From positions 1-43,032 of the forward strand of contig JAURQT010000123.1 in NCBI GenBank assembly GCA_030835985.1: 43,032 nt of DNA, given 5' to 3'. Shown in pieces: positions 10,248 through 20,727 of the stretch; the stretch's first letter is position 1; each line of letters starts with the position of its first letter. Under the pieces are notes generated by a model that searched no databases, was not told where the DNA came from, and saw only the letters and a list, made by a program, of their open reading frames with translations. A program made the translations under genes and the position numbers. Origin of the DNA: Alphaproteobacteria bacterium (GTDB lineage Bacteria > Pseudomonadota > Alphaproteobacteria > Puniceispirillales > Puniceispirillaceae).

Positions 10248-10434
10248 ACGGCAATCTCTGCGCTCGCCTCTGTTCTTTGGAACACCTCTAAAAAAAAGCC
10301 GTTTCAGGATGCTTGATTCTGCCATTTAAAAGTGGCAAAAGACAAAAAGATCGGCCTATTCTGTAAAAAATGAACAGGCTTCTTTTCGCGCTTCTAATTT
10401 TGCGCTCACACGCCTTTGGGTATCTTTTAAACTT

Positions 10435-11349
10435 ATGTATATTTATTTGCCTATTGCTGAAGTTTCGATGCATATCGCTGTGGTGATAGGGCTCGGCGGC
10501 GGGATCGGATTTTTGTCCGGTATGTTTGGTGTCGGCGGCGGCTTTTTGATGACGCCCATGCTGATTTTTCTGGGTGTGCCGCCAGCGGTTGCGGTATCAA
10601 CCGAAGCCAATCAGATTGTTGCCTCTTCTGTATCAGGGGTTCTGGCGCATTGGCGGCGCGGCAATGTCGATTTCAAAATGGGGGCGGTATTGCTGACCGG
10701 CGGCCTTGTTGGCTCGTCTCTCGGGGTGTTATTGTTTTCGATTTTGCGGGATATCGGCCAAATTGATTTGGTTATTAAATTATCCTATGTGGTGTTTTTG
10801 GGCATTATCGGCGCATTGATGCTGATGGAAAGTGTGCGCGCGATTATGCGCACCCGCCAGCCAGGGGCCAGGCGCTCTAAAATGCACCAGCATAACTGGA
10901 TGCATGGCCTGCCCTTTAAAATGCGCTTTCGCAAATCCAAGCTCTATATCAGCGCGCTTCTGCCGTTTTTCCTGGCAGCCTTTGTTGGCGTGCTTTCAGC
11001 CATTATGGGGGTTGGCGGCGGTTTCATCCTTGTCCCGGCGATGATTTATCTTTTGGGGATGCCAACTTATGTGGTTATTGGCACGTCCCTGTTCCAGATT
11101 ATTTTTGTGACCGCCAACATTACCCTGCTGCAATCTGTACAAACCCAGACAGTAGATTTTGTTCTGGCCGGCTTGCTGTTATTCGGCGCGGTTATCGGGG
11201 CACAAATCGGCGCACGCTTTGGCACCAAATTACGCGGCGAGCAATTGCGCGGCTTGCTTGCGCTGATGGTGTTAATGGTATCGCTCAAGCTGGGATTTGA
11301 TCTGGTTATCACCCCGGAAGATGTCTTTTCGGTGGAGATAATGAAATGA
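10435..11349 (+). CDS. Sulfite exporter TauE/SafE (TSUP) family protein
   Basis: MYIYLPIAE start, two GVGGGF repeats, multiple TM helices. Confidence 0.93.
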   Translation: MYIYLPIAEVSMHIAVVIGLGGGIGFLSGMFGVGGGFLMTPMLIFLGVPPAVAVSTEANQIVASSVSGVLAHWRRGNVDFKMGAVLLTGGLVGSSLGVLLFSILRDIGQIDLVIKLSYVVFLGIIGALMLMESVRAIMRTRQPGARRSKMHQHNWMHGLPFKMRFRKSKLYISALLPFFLAAFVGVLSAIMGVGGGFILVPAMIYLLGMPTYVVIGTSLFQIIFVTANITLLQSVQTQTVDFVLAGLLLFGAVIGAQIGARFGTKLRGEQLRGLLALMVLMVSLKLGFDLVITPEDVFSVEIMK

Positions 11350-12107
11350 TCTCTCGCTGTTTTTTCAACGCCTGGATGGCCGGTCTCTATCTGATTTTTG
11401 CCAGCATCGCCCCGGCAAGCGCCAACACATTAGTGGCTGATCTGTCGCTGGAGGAAGTCGCGATCACAACCGATTTTAATGGCGAGACCCTGCTGTTATT
11501 CGGTGCGGTCGGTGATGCGCGTGATGGCGATATTATTGTTGAATTCAAAGGCCCGATACTGAAAATCGCCAGCCGCAAAAAAGAACAGGTAAGCGGTATC
11601 TGGATCAATCGCCAGACAGTTAACTGGAGAAATGCACCCAGCTTTTATCATCTTTATTCGACCCGCCCGATAGAAGAAATCCTCAGCCCCGCCAGCCAGA
11701 GCGACCTTTCTATTGGCTATCGCAATTTAGGGCTGAAACCGCAAAAGCTGCGCCTGTCGGAAAAAGAGCTGGCTGGCTGGATTGAAGCCCTTAACCGCAA
11801 CATGGTCAAACGCGGATTATGGCAACGCCATGATGGAGGGGTAAGCATTAATCGCGGGGTGCTGTTTCGCACCCCTGTAACCTTGCCGGCAAATATTCTG
11901 CCGGGCGATTATGATGTGCGCGTCCTGCATATTCGCGATGGCCAGCTTATTGCCGAAGACCGCACCTCTATTCAGGTGGCCAAGCGCGGGGCGGGGGCAT
12001 TTATTTACCGGGTTGCCCATGAATATTCTGTTTTTTACGGGCTGTTTGCGATTGCCTTTGCCGTAGTGGCTGGCTGGGTGGCGGCGGCGGCATTCAGGAA
12101 AACTTAA
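11346..12107 (+). CDS. TIGR02186 family membrane protein
   Basis: ITTDFNGETLLLFGA, GIWIN, LFRTPVTLPAN, C-terminal TM helix; overlaps the TauE stop as in the usual pair. Confidence 0.88.
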   Translation: MISRCFFNAWMAGLYLIFASIAPASANTLVADLSLEEVAITTDFNGETLLLFGAVGDARDGDIIVEFKGPILKIASRKKEQVSGIWINRQTVNWRNAPSFYHLYSTRPIEEILSPASQSDLSIGYRNLGLKPQKLRLSEKELAGWIEALNRNMVKRGLWQRHDGGVSINRGVLFRTPVTLPANILPGDYDVRVLHIRDGQLIAEDRTSIQVAKRGAGAFIYRVAHEYSVFYGLFAIAFAVVAGWVAAAAFRKT

Positions 12108-12235
12108 CAGAACGATGCTGGCATCTCTTGTCAGCTAAAATTTTAAAGTGGTATTATAGAATGGCCTAAACTAAATTGGCCTTTTACTATTTCAGGCTGG
12201 AACAGGCATTTTACAGACCTGAAGGATTTAGGAAA

Positions 12236-12709
12236 ATGAGTTCTACAGACACAAAATTCTTACTGGTTCTTGTAGATGACAGCGAAGAGCTGCATCAGGC
12301 ATTACATTATGCGTGCAAGCGTGCCAGCGCGGCCGATATGCGCATTGCCCTATTATATGTTATTGCGCCGGCTGAATTTGCCCATTGGGCGGGGGTGGGC
12401 GAATTAATGCGCCAGGAGGCCCGCGAATATGCCGAAGAAAAAATGCGCAGCCATGCCGATTATGTCCAAAACCTGACACAGAAAGCCCCGCTGATGCATA
12501 TCCGCGAGGGCAAGGCCGTTGAAGAGGTTATCAATCTTATCAATGATGAGGCAGATATCAGCTTGCTGGTACTTGGTGCAGATACAAAATCGGACAGTGC
12601 AGGGCCGGTTGTCTCGTATCTGACCGGGCGCGGTGTTGCATCCTGCCGGATACCCATTGTTATCGTGCCTGGCAATATGACCGACGAGCAGATTGACGCG
12701 ATAACCTGA
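12236..12709 (+). CDS. Universal stress protein
   Basis: KFLLVLVDDSEE, LLVLGA, PIVIVPG; ATG 12236 follows AGGA. Confidence 0.9.
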   Translation: MSSTDTKFLLVLVDDSEELHQALHYACKRASAADMRIALLYVIAPAEFAHWAGVGELMRQEAREYAEEKMRSHADYVQNLTQKAPLMHIREGKAVEEVINLINDEADISLLVLGADTKSDSAGPVVSYLTGRGVASCRIPIVIVPGNMTDEQIDAIT

Positions 12710-12802
12710 TCGCACTAACTATCTTCTAAACCAGAGCATTTCAAATATAATTGATGCCATCAGGCCTGCCCCTCTGGCAGGCGGGAAAGGATGTATCTCT
12801 AG

Positions 12803-13330
12803 ATGTTCACCAAAATTAAAAATGTATTTTTCTTGTTAATTGGAGCCTTTGTTTTAATCATGACCACTGAAACCACACACGCTAACGCCGCCCGCCTTAT
12901 TCTGGATACCACCAAAGGCCAGATTGAAATTGAATTTAAGCCTGACCTTGCCCCCGGTCATGTTGCCCGTATATCAGAGCTGGCCGCAGAGGGATTTTAT
13001 GATGGCATTATTTTTCATCGGGTCATTCCGGGCTTTATGGCACAAACAGGCGATCCAACAGGTACAGGCATGGGCGGTTCCGGTCAGAAGCTGGACGCTG
13101 AGTTTACCGATTATCAATACATCGAAGGCACAGTTGGCATGGCACGCTCGATGAGTCCCGATAGCGGCGATAGCCAGTTTTTCATCTGTTTTGAGGGGTG
13201 TGGCCATCTAACCGGCCAATATACGGTATGGGGGCAAGTATCGCGCGGCATGGATGTGGTGCGCCAGATAAATGCCGGCGAGCCGCCTGCTGAACCTGAC
13301 AGCATTATCACCGCCACAATTGCTGAATAA
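12803..13330 (+). CDS. Cyclophilin-type peptidyl-prolyl cis-trans isomerase
   Basis: FYDGIIFHRVIPGFMAQTGDPTGTGMGG, GMAR, SQFFI, YTVWGQV; N-terminal signal-like segment. Confidence 0.95.
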   Translation: MFTKIKNVFFLLIGAFVLIMTTETTHANAARLILDTTKGQIEIEFKPDLAPGHVARISELAAEGFYDGIIFHRVIPGFMAQTGDPTGTGMGGSGQKLDAEFTDYQYIEGTVGMARSMSPDSGDSQFFICFEGCGHLTGQYTVWGQVSRGMDVVRQINAGEPPAEPDSIITATIAE

Positions 13331-13363
13331 TCTGGCTTCAATAATCTGGCTCAATAATCTGGC
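13326..13363. repeat. Three tandem copies of AATAATCTGGC (13-14 bp period)
   Basis: Copies at 13326, 13340 and 13353; the first includes the cyclophilin stop codon. Confidence 0.85.
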
Positions 13364-13370
13364 CAAAACC

Positions 13371-14276
13371 CTATAAGGGATGTTTGCGCTTTGGCAGCCT
13401 TGCAAATTGAAAAAGCAGGGCTGTCCAAATGCAGCCAAAGGCCAGCATATCCTGCCAGACAAAGGCTTCGCCAAACAGCAAAACACCGATAATTAATTGC
13501 AAGCTGGGGTTAATATAAAATAAAAAGCCGGTAATATTCAGGTGCAAATAACGGTTGCCCACATGAAACAATACCAGCGGCACAGAGGTCACAACCCCTG
13601 ATGCCAGTGCCATTATCAGCCCATAAGAGCTGCCATCCAGGAAAAAAGACCCCTGCCCGGATTTTGTAACAAACGTCAGATAGATCAGATAGGCCAACAT
13701 TATCGGGGCTATCATCAGCAATTCCAGCACCATGCCGGCAAAGGCATCGATATTAATCTGTTTGCGCACCACCGCATAAACAGCAAAACTCGCCCCTATC
13801 AACAGCGCCAGATAGGGCATCCCGTCCAGCTGAGTTGCCTTGACCAGCACACCAAAACTGGCAACCAGCAGTGCCAGCCATCCGCGCCTGTCCAGCTTTT
13901 CGCGAAAAACAACCATACCCAGCGCAATGGCCATCAATGGATAGATAAAATACCCAAAGGCAGATTCAATAATATGACCACTGCCAACCGCAACCAAATA
14001 GGCGGTCCAGTTTGTGGTGACAAGGCACGCCCCCACCATCAGCCCCAGCAATTGTTTTCTGCTTTGAATGGCGGTGAATAATTTACCCCCCTCGCCAAGC
14101 AAAAAATACAGCCCGGTCATAAATACCGCTGCCCACAGGGCGCGATGCGCCAGAATTTCATCCAGGGCAAAAGCCGTTAGAAAATGAAAAAATATCGGGG
14201 CAAAGCCCCATAAAGCCGGGCTGGCAATAGCCGCACTATAGCCCATCTGGCGAGGCGATAAATTTGAAAACATCAC
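13371..14276 (-). CDS. rarD: EamA family transporter RarD
   Basis: LWG..P.FF, EILAHRALW, GYFIYPL, FLFYINPSLQ; about 10 TM helices. Confidence 0.88.
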   Translation of the reverse strand: MMFSNLSPRQMGYSAAIASPALWGFAPIFFHFLTAFALDEILAHRALWAAVFMTGLYFLLGEGGKLFTAIQSRKQLLGLMVGACLVTTNWTAYLVAVGSGHIIESAFGYFIYPLMAIALGMVVFREKLDRRGWLALLVASFGVLVKATQLDGMPYLALLIGASFAVYAVVRKQINIDAFAGMVLELLMIAPIMLAYLIYLTFVTKSGQGSFFLDGSSYGLIMALASGVVTSVPLVLFHVGNRYLHLNITGFLFYINPSLQLIIGVLLFGEAFVWQDMLAFGCIWTALLFQFARLPKRKHPL

Positions 14277-14305
14277 CCGGATAGCTCCTCAAGCCAGACA
14301 GATTT

Positions 14306-15559
14306 TCATGTTAGTATCACACGAAAATCATTTACATTTGTTTTGGTGGGGCCGGTAATAATCTGGCTATCCAGCGCGGCAAAAAACCCGTGACTGTCAT
14401 TATCTTCCAGCATGGCCTGGGCATCAACCCCGCGCGTCCTGGCCAGCGATAAGGTCTCCGGCGTAATATAGGCCCCTGCAACCGGCAGCGCCCCGTCAAT
14501 GCCGTCTGTATCGGCGGCCAGCCCGTAAAATGACCCGCAAAGAGCCAGCGCATGAATAAATTCAGCATTGCGCCCGCCCTTGCCTTTGCCTGTAACAATC
14601 ACGGTTGTCTCGCCGCCCGATATCAGGGCAGTTTTAGCCGGGCTGGCAGTAGCTTTTTGTGCCATCCATGCGGCCAATGCCCGGCTTTCTCCTTCCAGCG
14701 CATCGCCCAGAATAACAGGATTATAGCCAGCTTTACGGGCAATTTCTGCGGCCGCTTGCAAGGATTTCAGCGGCGTGGCCAGCACATACATATCGCTGGC
14801 AGATAACAGCGGGTCACTGGCAAGCGGGGTCTCGCAATCAGCAGAATGCAAATGCGCCTCTACCGCTTTTGGCACGGCAATCCTGTAGCGTGCCAATATT
14901 TCCAACGCTTGCCGGGCTGTGCTGTCATCGCCGACCGTGGGCCCTGAGGCAATCACAGCCGGACCATCGCCTGGCACATCAGATATCGCAAAGCTGAGGG
15001 TTCTTGCCGGATAGGCCGCAGCAGCAAGCTGTCCGCCCTTGCCTGCGGAAAGATGTTTTCTAACGCAATTCATCGCATCTATTGGCGCGCCATTATGCAA
15101 TAATTGACTGGTGATATCTTGCTTTATCTGAAAACCGATAGCCCGATGGGGCAGGCAAAACAGGCTGGAGCCGCCGCCCGAGACCAGCACCACCATCAAA
15201 TCATCCTGCCCAAGCTGGCGTGCGGTCTGAATGATTTCTTCGGCGGCTTTCAGGCCACGTTCATCCGGCACAGGATGGGCAGCTTCAATAATCTGAATAT
15301 ATTCGCACGCACTGCCATGACCGTCCGGGACAATGACCATCCCTTCCATTTTGGCCTTTAGCCTATCCGGGGCGGCCGCCTCAAAGGCGCGTGCCATCAC
15401 CGCAGACGCCTTGCCAAATCCGGTAACAAACACCCGCCCCTCAGGCAGAGCTTGCAGTGTTTTTTCCACCGCGTCGCCGATAAAATTATCAGGATGGGCA
15501 GCGCTAACAGCCGCATCAAACATCGCACGCATCAAGGCAATTTTCTCGGCTGGGGACAT
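14306..15559 (-). CDS. Glycerate kinase type 2 (MOFRL/TtuD family)
   Basis: GFGKAS..MA, EAAHPVPD, SGGGSSL, SGGETTV, GRNAEF, DTDGIDG, GPTKTNVND; start trimmed to ATG 15559. Confidence 0.92.
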   Translation of the reverse strand: MSPAEKIALMRAMFDAAVSAAHPDNFIGDAVEKTLQALPEGRVFVTGFGKASAVMARAFEAAAPDRLKAKMEGMVIVPDGHGSACEYIQIIEAAHPVPDERGLKAAEEIIQTARQLGQDDLMVVLVSGGGSSLFCLPHRAIGFQIKQDITSQLLHNGAPIDAMNCVRKHLSAGKGGQLAAAAYPARTLSFAISDVPGDGPAVIASGPTVGDDSTARQALEILARYRIAVPKAVEAHLHSADCETPLASDPLLSASDMYVLATPLKSLQAAAEIARKAGYNPVILGDALEGESRALAAWMAQKATASPAKTALISGGETTVIVTGKGKGGRNAEFIHALALCGSFYGLAADTDGIDGALPVAGAYITPETLSLARTRGVDAQAMLEDNDSHGFFAALDSQIITGPTKTNVNDFRVILT

Positions 15560-15645
15560 ATCTTTAACCCTATAGATGGCACCGTCATTAAAAATAGGCA
15601 GAATTAAAAAACAGGAAATGCGCGGCAGAAACCTTATCCCTTTTC

Positions 15646-16875
15646 TTACTCCAGAAGTGTTTTCAGCGCAAATTCCGGATTGGCGATTTCCTGCGGGTCT
15701 GGATGGCGGCCAGCCTCCAGGCATTTTTTGCCTATCATATAGGCTTGCCCGTCATTGCCGGCTTCTATCGCGACCAGCTGACCATCCAGCCAGCTCCAGA
15801 CAGACAGGCTGTTTTCGCGCCGACCTGTGCGGGTAACCGATATCATTTCTGCCTCGCGTGCGACCGGCACTATCCCGGCCATCTGAAATTTCACCTCATA
15901 CTGATCTGACCAGAACCACCAGGCCTCTGGCACAGGGGCGGGCATAGCTGTAATAGCAGCGGCCGCAACCGATGCGCTATATTGGGCATGATGGATAGAT
16001 TCTATGCGAACGGGGCTGATATCGGGGGCGCGTGCCACATCGCCTATCGCCCAAATGGCGGCATCGGCTGTCTGATATTCGCTATTGACGATAATCCCGT
16101 TTTCCGCCTTCAGACCGGCTTGCATCGCCAATTGGCTTTCCGGGACAACCCCGATACCTGCCAGCACCAAATCTGCTTCCAGCTCTGTGCCATCTGATAG
16201 CCTGACGCCGCGTAATTTCATGCCATCATCGCATAATATTTCCTCAACGCCCTTGCCGCAATGAAGGCGTACATCATGGCGCTGATGCAAATCAGCACAA
16301 TATTCTGACAGCGCGTTTGAGGCGACCCGTGCCAGCAAGCGCGGTGCCATTTCAACGATATCCACCTCTATACCAACAGACCGAAGAGAGGCCGCTGCTT
16401 CCAGCCCGATATATCCGCCGCCTATCACAACCGCTTTTTTTGTGTGTGCCAGATGCGCGCGAATAGCCCGTGCATCACGCGCGATACGCAGCTCGAACAC
16501 CCCCTTGCACTGCCCGCCTGGTACGGGCAGTTGGCGCGGGCTGGCCCCTGCGGCGATGACCAGCTGGCCATAGGCCTCAGTGCGGCCATCTGCCAGCTCT
16601 ATCTGGCCAGATTTCCGGTCGATAGAGCGCACCGCGCATCCTGGCTGAAAATCAATATTAAATACCTCGAACCAGTCGGCTTTTCGCAGTAAAAAGGCTT
16701 CTTCTGATGTGCCGGCTTCTGTCTTTAGATAGGCTTTGGACAGAGGCGGGCGCTGCAAAGGCAAGCCATCTTCGCGGTCAAAAATGGTGATTTGCCCGTC
16801 AAAGCCGTGATGGCGCAATCGCTCTGCACAGGAAAGCCCGGCATGGCTTGCCCCGATAATGATAATTCTGCTCAT
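15646..16875 (-). CDS. FAD/NAD(P)H-dependent ferredoxin reductase (putidaredoxin-reductase-like)
   Basis: IIGASHAG, QRPPLSK, VIGGGYIGLE, WAIGD, WFWSDQY; start trimmed to ATG 16875. Confidence 0.92.
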   Translation of the reverse strand: MSRIIIIGASHAGLSCAERLRHHGFDGQITIFDREDGLPLQRPPLSKAYLKTEAGTSEEAFLLRKADWFEVFNIDFQPGCAVRSIDRKSGQIELADGRTEAYGQLVIAAGASPRQLPVPGGQCKGVFELRIARDARAIRAHLAHTKKAVVIGGGYIGLEAAASLRSVGIEVDIVEMAPRLLARVASNALSEYCADLHQRHDVRLHCGKGVEEILCDDGMKLRGVRLSDGTELEADLVLAGIGVVPESQLAMQAGLKAENGIIVNSEYQTADAAIWAIGDVARAPDISPVRIESIHHAQYSASVAAAAITAMPAPVPEAWWFWSDQYEVKFQMAGIVPVAREAEMISVTRTGRRENSLSVWSWLDGQLVAIEAGNDGQAYMIGKKCLEAGRHPDPQEIANPEFALKTLLE

Positions 16876-17075
16876 ATCTTTCCCATAAAACAGGCTGTAT
16901 TCCTGCTTCTCACCATAGCCTATCTCTTGTGCCCTGAATAAAGAAATTTTGCCCCATCGGATAAAACAGGTTAAGACAGGGCAGAATTTTTTAGCCCTAA
17001 CCTCTTCACCCTTTCTTGCCATACAGGCATTTCAGGTAGTATGTGAAGATAGAATGTTCGATGAAGAAAGTAAAA

Positions 17076-18230
17076 ATGATGCATTTGGATAACGTCACCA
17101 CCATTGATGAATTAAGACAAATTGCCCATAAACGGGTACCCACCATGTTTTATGACTATATGGAATCCGGCTCCTGGACAGAAACAACCTTCCGTGCCAA
17201 TTGTGATGATTTCAAAAAAATATCGTTTCGCCAGCGTGTGGCGGTGGATATGTCCAACCGTACCACCAAAACCACTATGCTGGGCAAAGAGGTCGCTATG
17301 CCTCTGGCCATCGCCCCGACCGGGCTGACCGGGATGCAACATGCCGATGGGGAAATTCTGGCTGCCCGTGCCGCGGCCGATTTTGGCATTCCTTTCACCC
17401 TTTCGACCATGTCCATTTCATCAATAGAAGATTTGGCAACCCATACCCAGGCACCTTTCTGGTTTCAGCTTTATGTGATGAGGGATCATGATTTTGCCAA
17501 AAGGCTGGTGAACCGTGCCAAAGCCGCGGAATGTTCTGCCCTTATGCTGACCCTTGATCTGCAAATTCTGGGGCAACGCCACAAGGATATTAAAAACGGG
17601 CTGACCACCCCGCCAAAACTGACCTTTAAAAATATTGTTGATATGGCTATTCGGCCGCGCTGGTGTCTGGGGATGCTGGGTACGCCGCGCCGTTCCTTTG
17701 GCAATATTGTTGGCCATGTGGAAGGGGTATCGGATATGACCAGACTTTCTTCCTGGGTGGGCGAGCAATTTGATCTGCAGCTGGATTGGGATGATGTTGC
17801 CCGTATCAAGGATTGGTGGGGCGGCAAGCTGATCATCAAGGGGATTCTGGATGCAGAAGATGCAGCGATGGCGGCAAAATCAGGGGCGGATGCGCTGATT
17901 GTCTCCAACCATGGCGGGCGCCAGCTGGATGGGGCGGAAAGCTCTATTGCCATGTTGCCGGAAATCGCATCGGCGGTCGGCAAGGATATCGAAGTCTGGA
18001 TGGATGGCGGTATTCGCTCTGGCCAGGATATTTTAAAGGCCGTTGCCCTTGGTGCACAATCCACCCTGACCGGCCGCGCTTTTTTATATGGCCTGGGGGC
18101 AGCCGGCCAGAAAGGCGTGACCAAAGCGCTGGAGATTATGCATAAAGAGCTGGATATGAGCATGGCATTATGCGGCCACCGCGATATTCAAAATGTGGAC
18201 AGAAACATCCTGAAAAATTGCCCGTTCTAG
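17076..18230 (+). CDS. lldD: FMN-dependent alpha-hydroxy acid oxidase / L-lactate dehydrogenase
   Basis: FYDY, APTG, WFQLY, SNHGGRQLDG, DGGIRSG; substrate (lactate or glycolate) not resolved. Confidence 0.88.
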   Translation: MMHLDNVTTIDELRQIAHKRVPTMFYDYMESGSWTETTFRANCDDFKKISFRQRVAVDMSNRTTKTTMLGKEVAMPLAIAPTGLTGMQHADGEILAARAAADFGIPFTLSTMSISSIEDLATHTQAPFWFQLYVMRDHDFAKRLVNRAKAAECSALMLTLDLQILGQRHKDIKNGLTTPPKLTFKNIVDMAIRPRWCLGMLGTPRRSFGNIVGHVEGVSDMTRLSSWVGEQFDLQLDWDDVARIKDWWGGKLIIKGILDAEDAAMAAKSGADALIVSNHGGRQLDGAESSIAMLPEIASAVGKDIEVWMDGGIRSGQDILKAVALGAQSTLTGRAFLYGLGAAGQKGVTKALEIMHKELDMSMALCGHRDIQNVDRNILKNCPF

Positions 18231-18261
18231 CTATCTGGAAAAGAAAAATGAGCCAGATGGA

Positions 18262-18708
18262 TTACTGCCATTTTTTGAGGGCGGTTTCATCGACTTGCCG
18301 TGCATCCACCCATACAGAGCCTGTCTTGCTTTCCTCTTTTTTCCAGAAGGGCGCATTCGTTTTTAGGTAATCCATAATAAAGGCAGCGCTTTCAAAAGCG
18401 GGCGCGCGATGGGCAGAAGCCGTGCCGACAAAAACGATATTTTCTTCTGGCAATAAGCGGCCAACACGGTGGATAACGCGCACCCCTTGCAACGGCCAGC
18501 GCGCCTCTGCCTGTTTAATAATATTATCTATCTCCTGTTCTGTCATGCCGGGATAATGTTCCAGCGTCATGGCAACCAGCTGCGGGTCTTTGGCAGTATC
18601 GCGCACAATCCCGGCAAACATCACCACCGCCCCAACCCCGGTTTTTTTCAAGGCAGCATATTCAGCCTTTATATCGAAATCAGCTTCACTGATCAGAATT
18701 TTTTGCAT
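18262..18708 (-). CDS. moaE: Molybdopterin synthase catalytic subunit
   Basis: LEHYPGMTE, HRVG, SAHR, MDYLKTNAPFWKKE. Confidence 0.96.
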   Translation of the reverse strand: MQKILISEADFDIKAEYAALKKTGVGAVVMFAGIVRDTAKDPQLVAMTLEHYPGMTEQEIDNIIKQAEARWPLQGVRVIHRVGRLLPEENIVFVGTASAHRAPAFESAAFIMDYLKTNAPFWKKEESKTGSVWVDARQVDETALKKWQ

Positions 18709-18714
18709 CTGTTT

Positions 18715-18966
18715 CTAGCCCCCTGTGACAGGCGGGAAAAAGGCAATTTCATCGCTGTCTGTTATCGGACTTTCCAGATTTGCATATTTGCGATTAATCG
18801 CCACCCGTACCGTTTTCAGATTACGCAAGGCCGCTTCATGCCCGGCCGAGCGGCCGCGTAAATATCTCGCCAGCTCCGAGATATTAGCCACATTTTCGGG
18901 CAGCCGGATTTCTTCAGTACTGCATCCGGTATGTTCGCGCATCCATGCAAAATATAAAATCTTCAT
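18715..18966 (-). CDS. moaD: Molybdopterin synthase sulfur carrier
   Basis: MKILYFAW..DEIAFFPPVTGG with a C-terminal GG. Confidence 0.96.
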   Translation of the reverse strand: MKILYFAWMREHTGCSTEEIRLPENVANISELARYLRGRSAGHEAALRNLKTVRVAINRKYANLESPITDSDEIAFFPPVTGG

Positions 18967-20198
18967 AATGCCTGTTCCTGAAAGGGTATGAAATTCAGTA
19001 AATCGCCTGGTGCCACGCTGGTAGCATCCAGGGGGATTTCAACCAGCCCGTCTGCCCCTGTTAAAGAGGATATCACCCCTGCCCCTTTTCGGCCATGCAA
19101 GGCTATCTGTTGCTGGCCTGTGCTATCTTTCTGTATCACCGCGCGTAAATATTCTGCGCGCCCGGCCTGTTTTTTATGCGGAAAGCCGGATTTTATTTTG
19201 ACGATCAGAGGCTGGCGCGGGGTGCGCCCGGATAGCGCATCTATCGCCGGGGCAACCAGCAATTTAAAACATACAAAGGCCGCAACCGGATTACCCGGCA
19301 GACAGAATATCATTTTGCCATCTTTTCGGGCAGCGGCCATTGGCCGGCCTGGCTTCATCGCCAACCGCCAGAATAACAGCTCTGCACCAATTTCGCTCAA
19401 GGCGTATTGAGTATGGTCTTCAATCCCGTCCGATGCCCCGCCGCTGGAAAGAATAATATCAGCGTCTGCCAGCCCGGATTGATACCCCGCAACCAGCGCG
19501 TCTTTTTCATCCCGAATAATGCCGCCATCTATCACCTGGATATCTTCTTGTTGTAACAGGCCGTTCAATATAGCTCTGTTACTATCGTAAATCTGTCCTG
19601 CTTGCCGCTTCTGGCCAGTTTCTATCACCTCATCGCCTGTGGAAAATATCACTGCCTTTAACCGGCGATAAACACCCAGCTCTGCACAGCCGGATGCCGC
19701 TAATTGCCCCATATCCGCAGCCGTGATGCGATGCCCTTTTTTGCCAACCACTTCGCCGGCGCTTAAATTCTCGCCTCTGGGCCGAATATTTTTGCCAGCA
19801 GACAGGCGTTTGTGACAGATAACGCTATCGCCTTTATCGGTGCAATCTTCATGCATGATGATACAGTTTGGCCCTTTGGGCAGGACAGCCCCTGTATAGA
19901 TACGCAGCGCCTCGCCTGTTTTAACCTGGCCGTTAAATGGATGGCCAGCACGTGCGCTTCCGATAATTTTCAGCGGCCGCTCCGGATTTTCTGCCAGGCT
20001 ATCTGTATGAAAGGCAAAGCCGTCCACAGCCGCATTATCTGTTTGCGGCAAATCAATCGGGCTTTCAATATCCTGTGCCAATATCCGGCCATAGGCCTGC
20101 ATCACCGGACATATTTCTGTCTTGCGCACCTGCCCGCTTGCTGCGGCTATGACCAGCGCCAGCGCATCTTCCAGTCTGGTGGTTTCAGGATGGCCCAT
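18963..20198 (-). CDS. moeA: Molybdopterin molybdotransferase
   Basis: NAAVDGFA, RIYTGA, FSTGDE, SSGGAS, MKPGRP, LPGNP. Confidence 0.95.
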   Translation of the reverse strand: MGHPETTRLEDALALVIAAASGQVRKTEICPVMQAYGRILAQDIESPIDLPQTDNAAVDGFAFHTDSLAENPERPLKIIGSARAGHPFNGQVKTGEALRIYTGAVLPKGPNCIIMHEDCTDKGDSVICHKRLSAGKNIRPRGENLSAGEVVGKKGHRITAADMGQLAASGCAELGVYRRLKAVIFSTGDEVIETGQKRQAGQIYDSNRAILNGLLQQEDIQVIDGGIIRDEKDALVAGYQSGLADADIILSSGGASDGIEDHTQYALSEIGAELLFWRLAMKPGRPMAAARKDGKMIFCLPGNPVAAFVCFKLLVAPAIDALSGRTPRQPLIVKIKSGFPHKKQAGRAEYLRAVIQKDSTGQQQIALHGRKGAGVISSLTGADGLVEIPLDATSVAPGDLLNFIPFQEQAL

Positions 20199-20202
20199 CG
20201 CC

Positions 20203-20718
20203 CTATCGCCTCTCCAGCCCTAAATGGGTCAGGATGAAATCAGCCATGCCGGCAATATCCTCACAGGCAAAACAGGGCAGCGGACAACCCTCCGGCACAT
20301 CATCGCTCATCACCGCAATAATATGGCTATCTTCTGGATATAAAGGCGGCATATCCAGCTCCTTTCGATAGATTTCCAGCTTCGGGATCGCCTCTTTTTT
20401 ATAGCCCTCCACCAGTACCAGGTCGCATGGCTTAAGCTGGCCAACCAAATCGCCTAATGCCGGCTGTTCTTCTGGATGCTCGATAAAATGCACCGAACGC
20501 GCCGCAGACGATACCAGCACCTGACCTGCCCCTGCTTTTCGATGTCGCCAGCTATCCTTGCCCGGCACATCTGCATCAAATTTATGATGGGCGTGTTTGA
20601 TACTGGCCACCGAAAAACCGCGCGACACAATATGGCGGATCAGCTTTTCTGCCAGCGTTGTTTTGCCAGAGCCAGACCAGCCTGCCAGCCCGAATACAGC
20701 CCTTTTTGCTATCGCCAT
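20203..20718 (-). CDS. mobB: Molybdopterin-guanine dinucleotide biosynthesis protein B
   Basis: GWSGSGKTT, KHAHH, PGKDSWRHR, LVEGYK. Confidence 0.95.
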   Translation of the reverse strand: MAIAKRAVFGLAGWSGSGKTTLAEKLIRHIVSRGFSVASIKHAHHKFDADVPGKDSWRHRKAGAGQVLVSSAARSVHFIEHPEEQPALGDLVGQLKPCDLVLVEGYKKEAIPKLEIYRKELDMPPLYPEDSHIIAVMSDDVPEGCPLPCFACEDIAGMADFILTHLGLERR

Positions 20719-20727
20719 CTGCCTGCC

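Noticed and set aside
13326-13363. Short repeats as a possible CRISPR or REP array
   Set aside because: Units are 11-17 bp, directly adjacent with no unique spacers, non-palindromic, and there are no cas genes.
17486-18163. 225-aa minus-strand ORF
   Set aside because: In-register antisense shadow of the alpha-hydroxy-acid oxidase.
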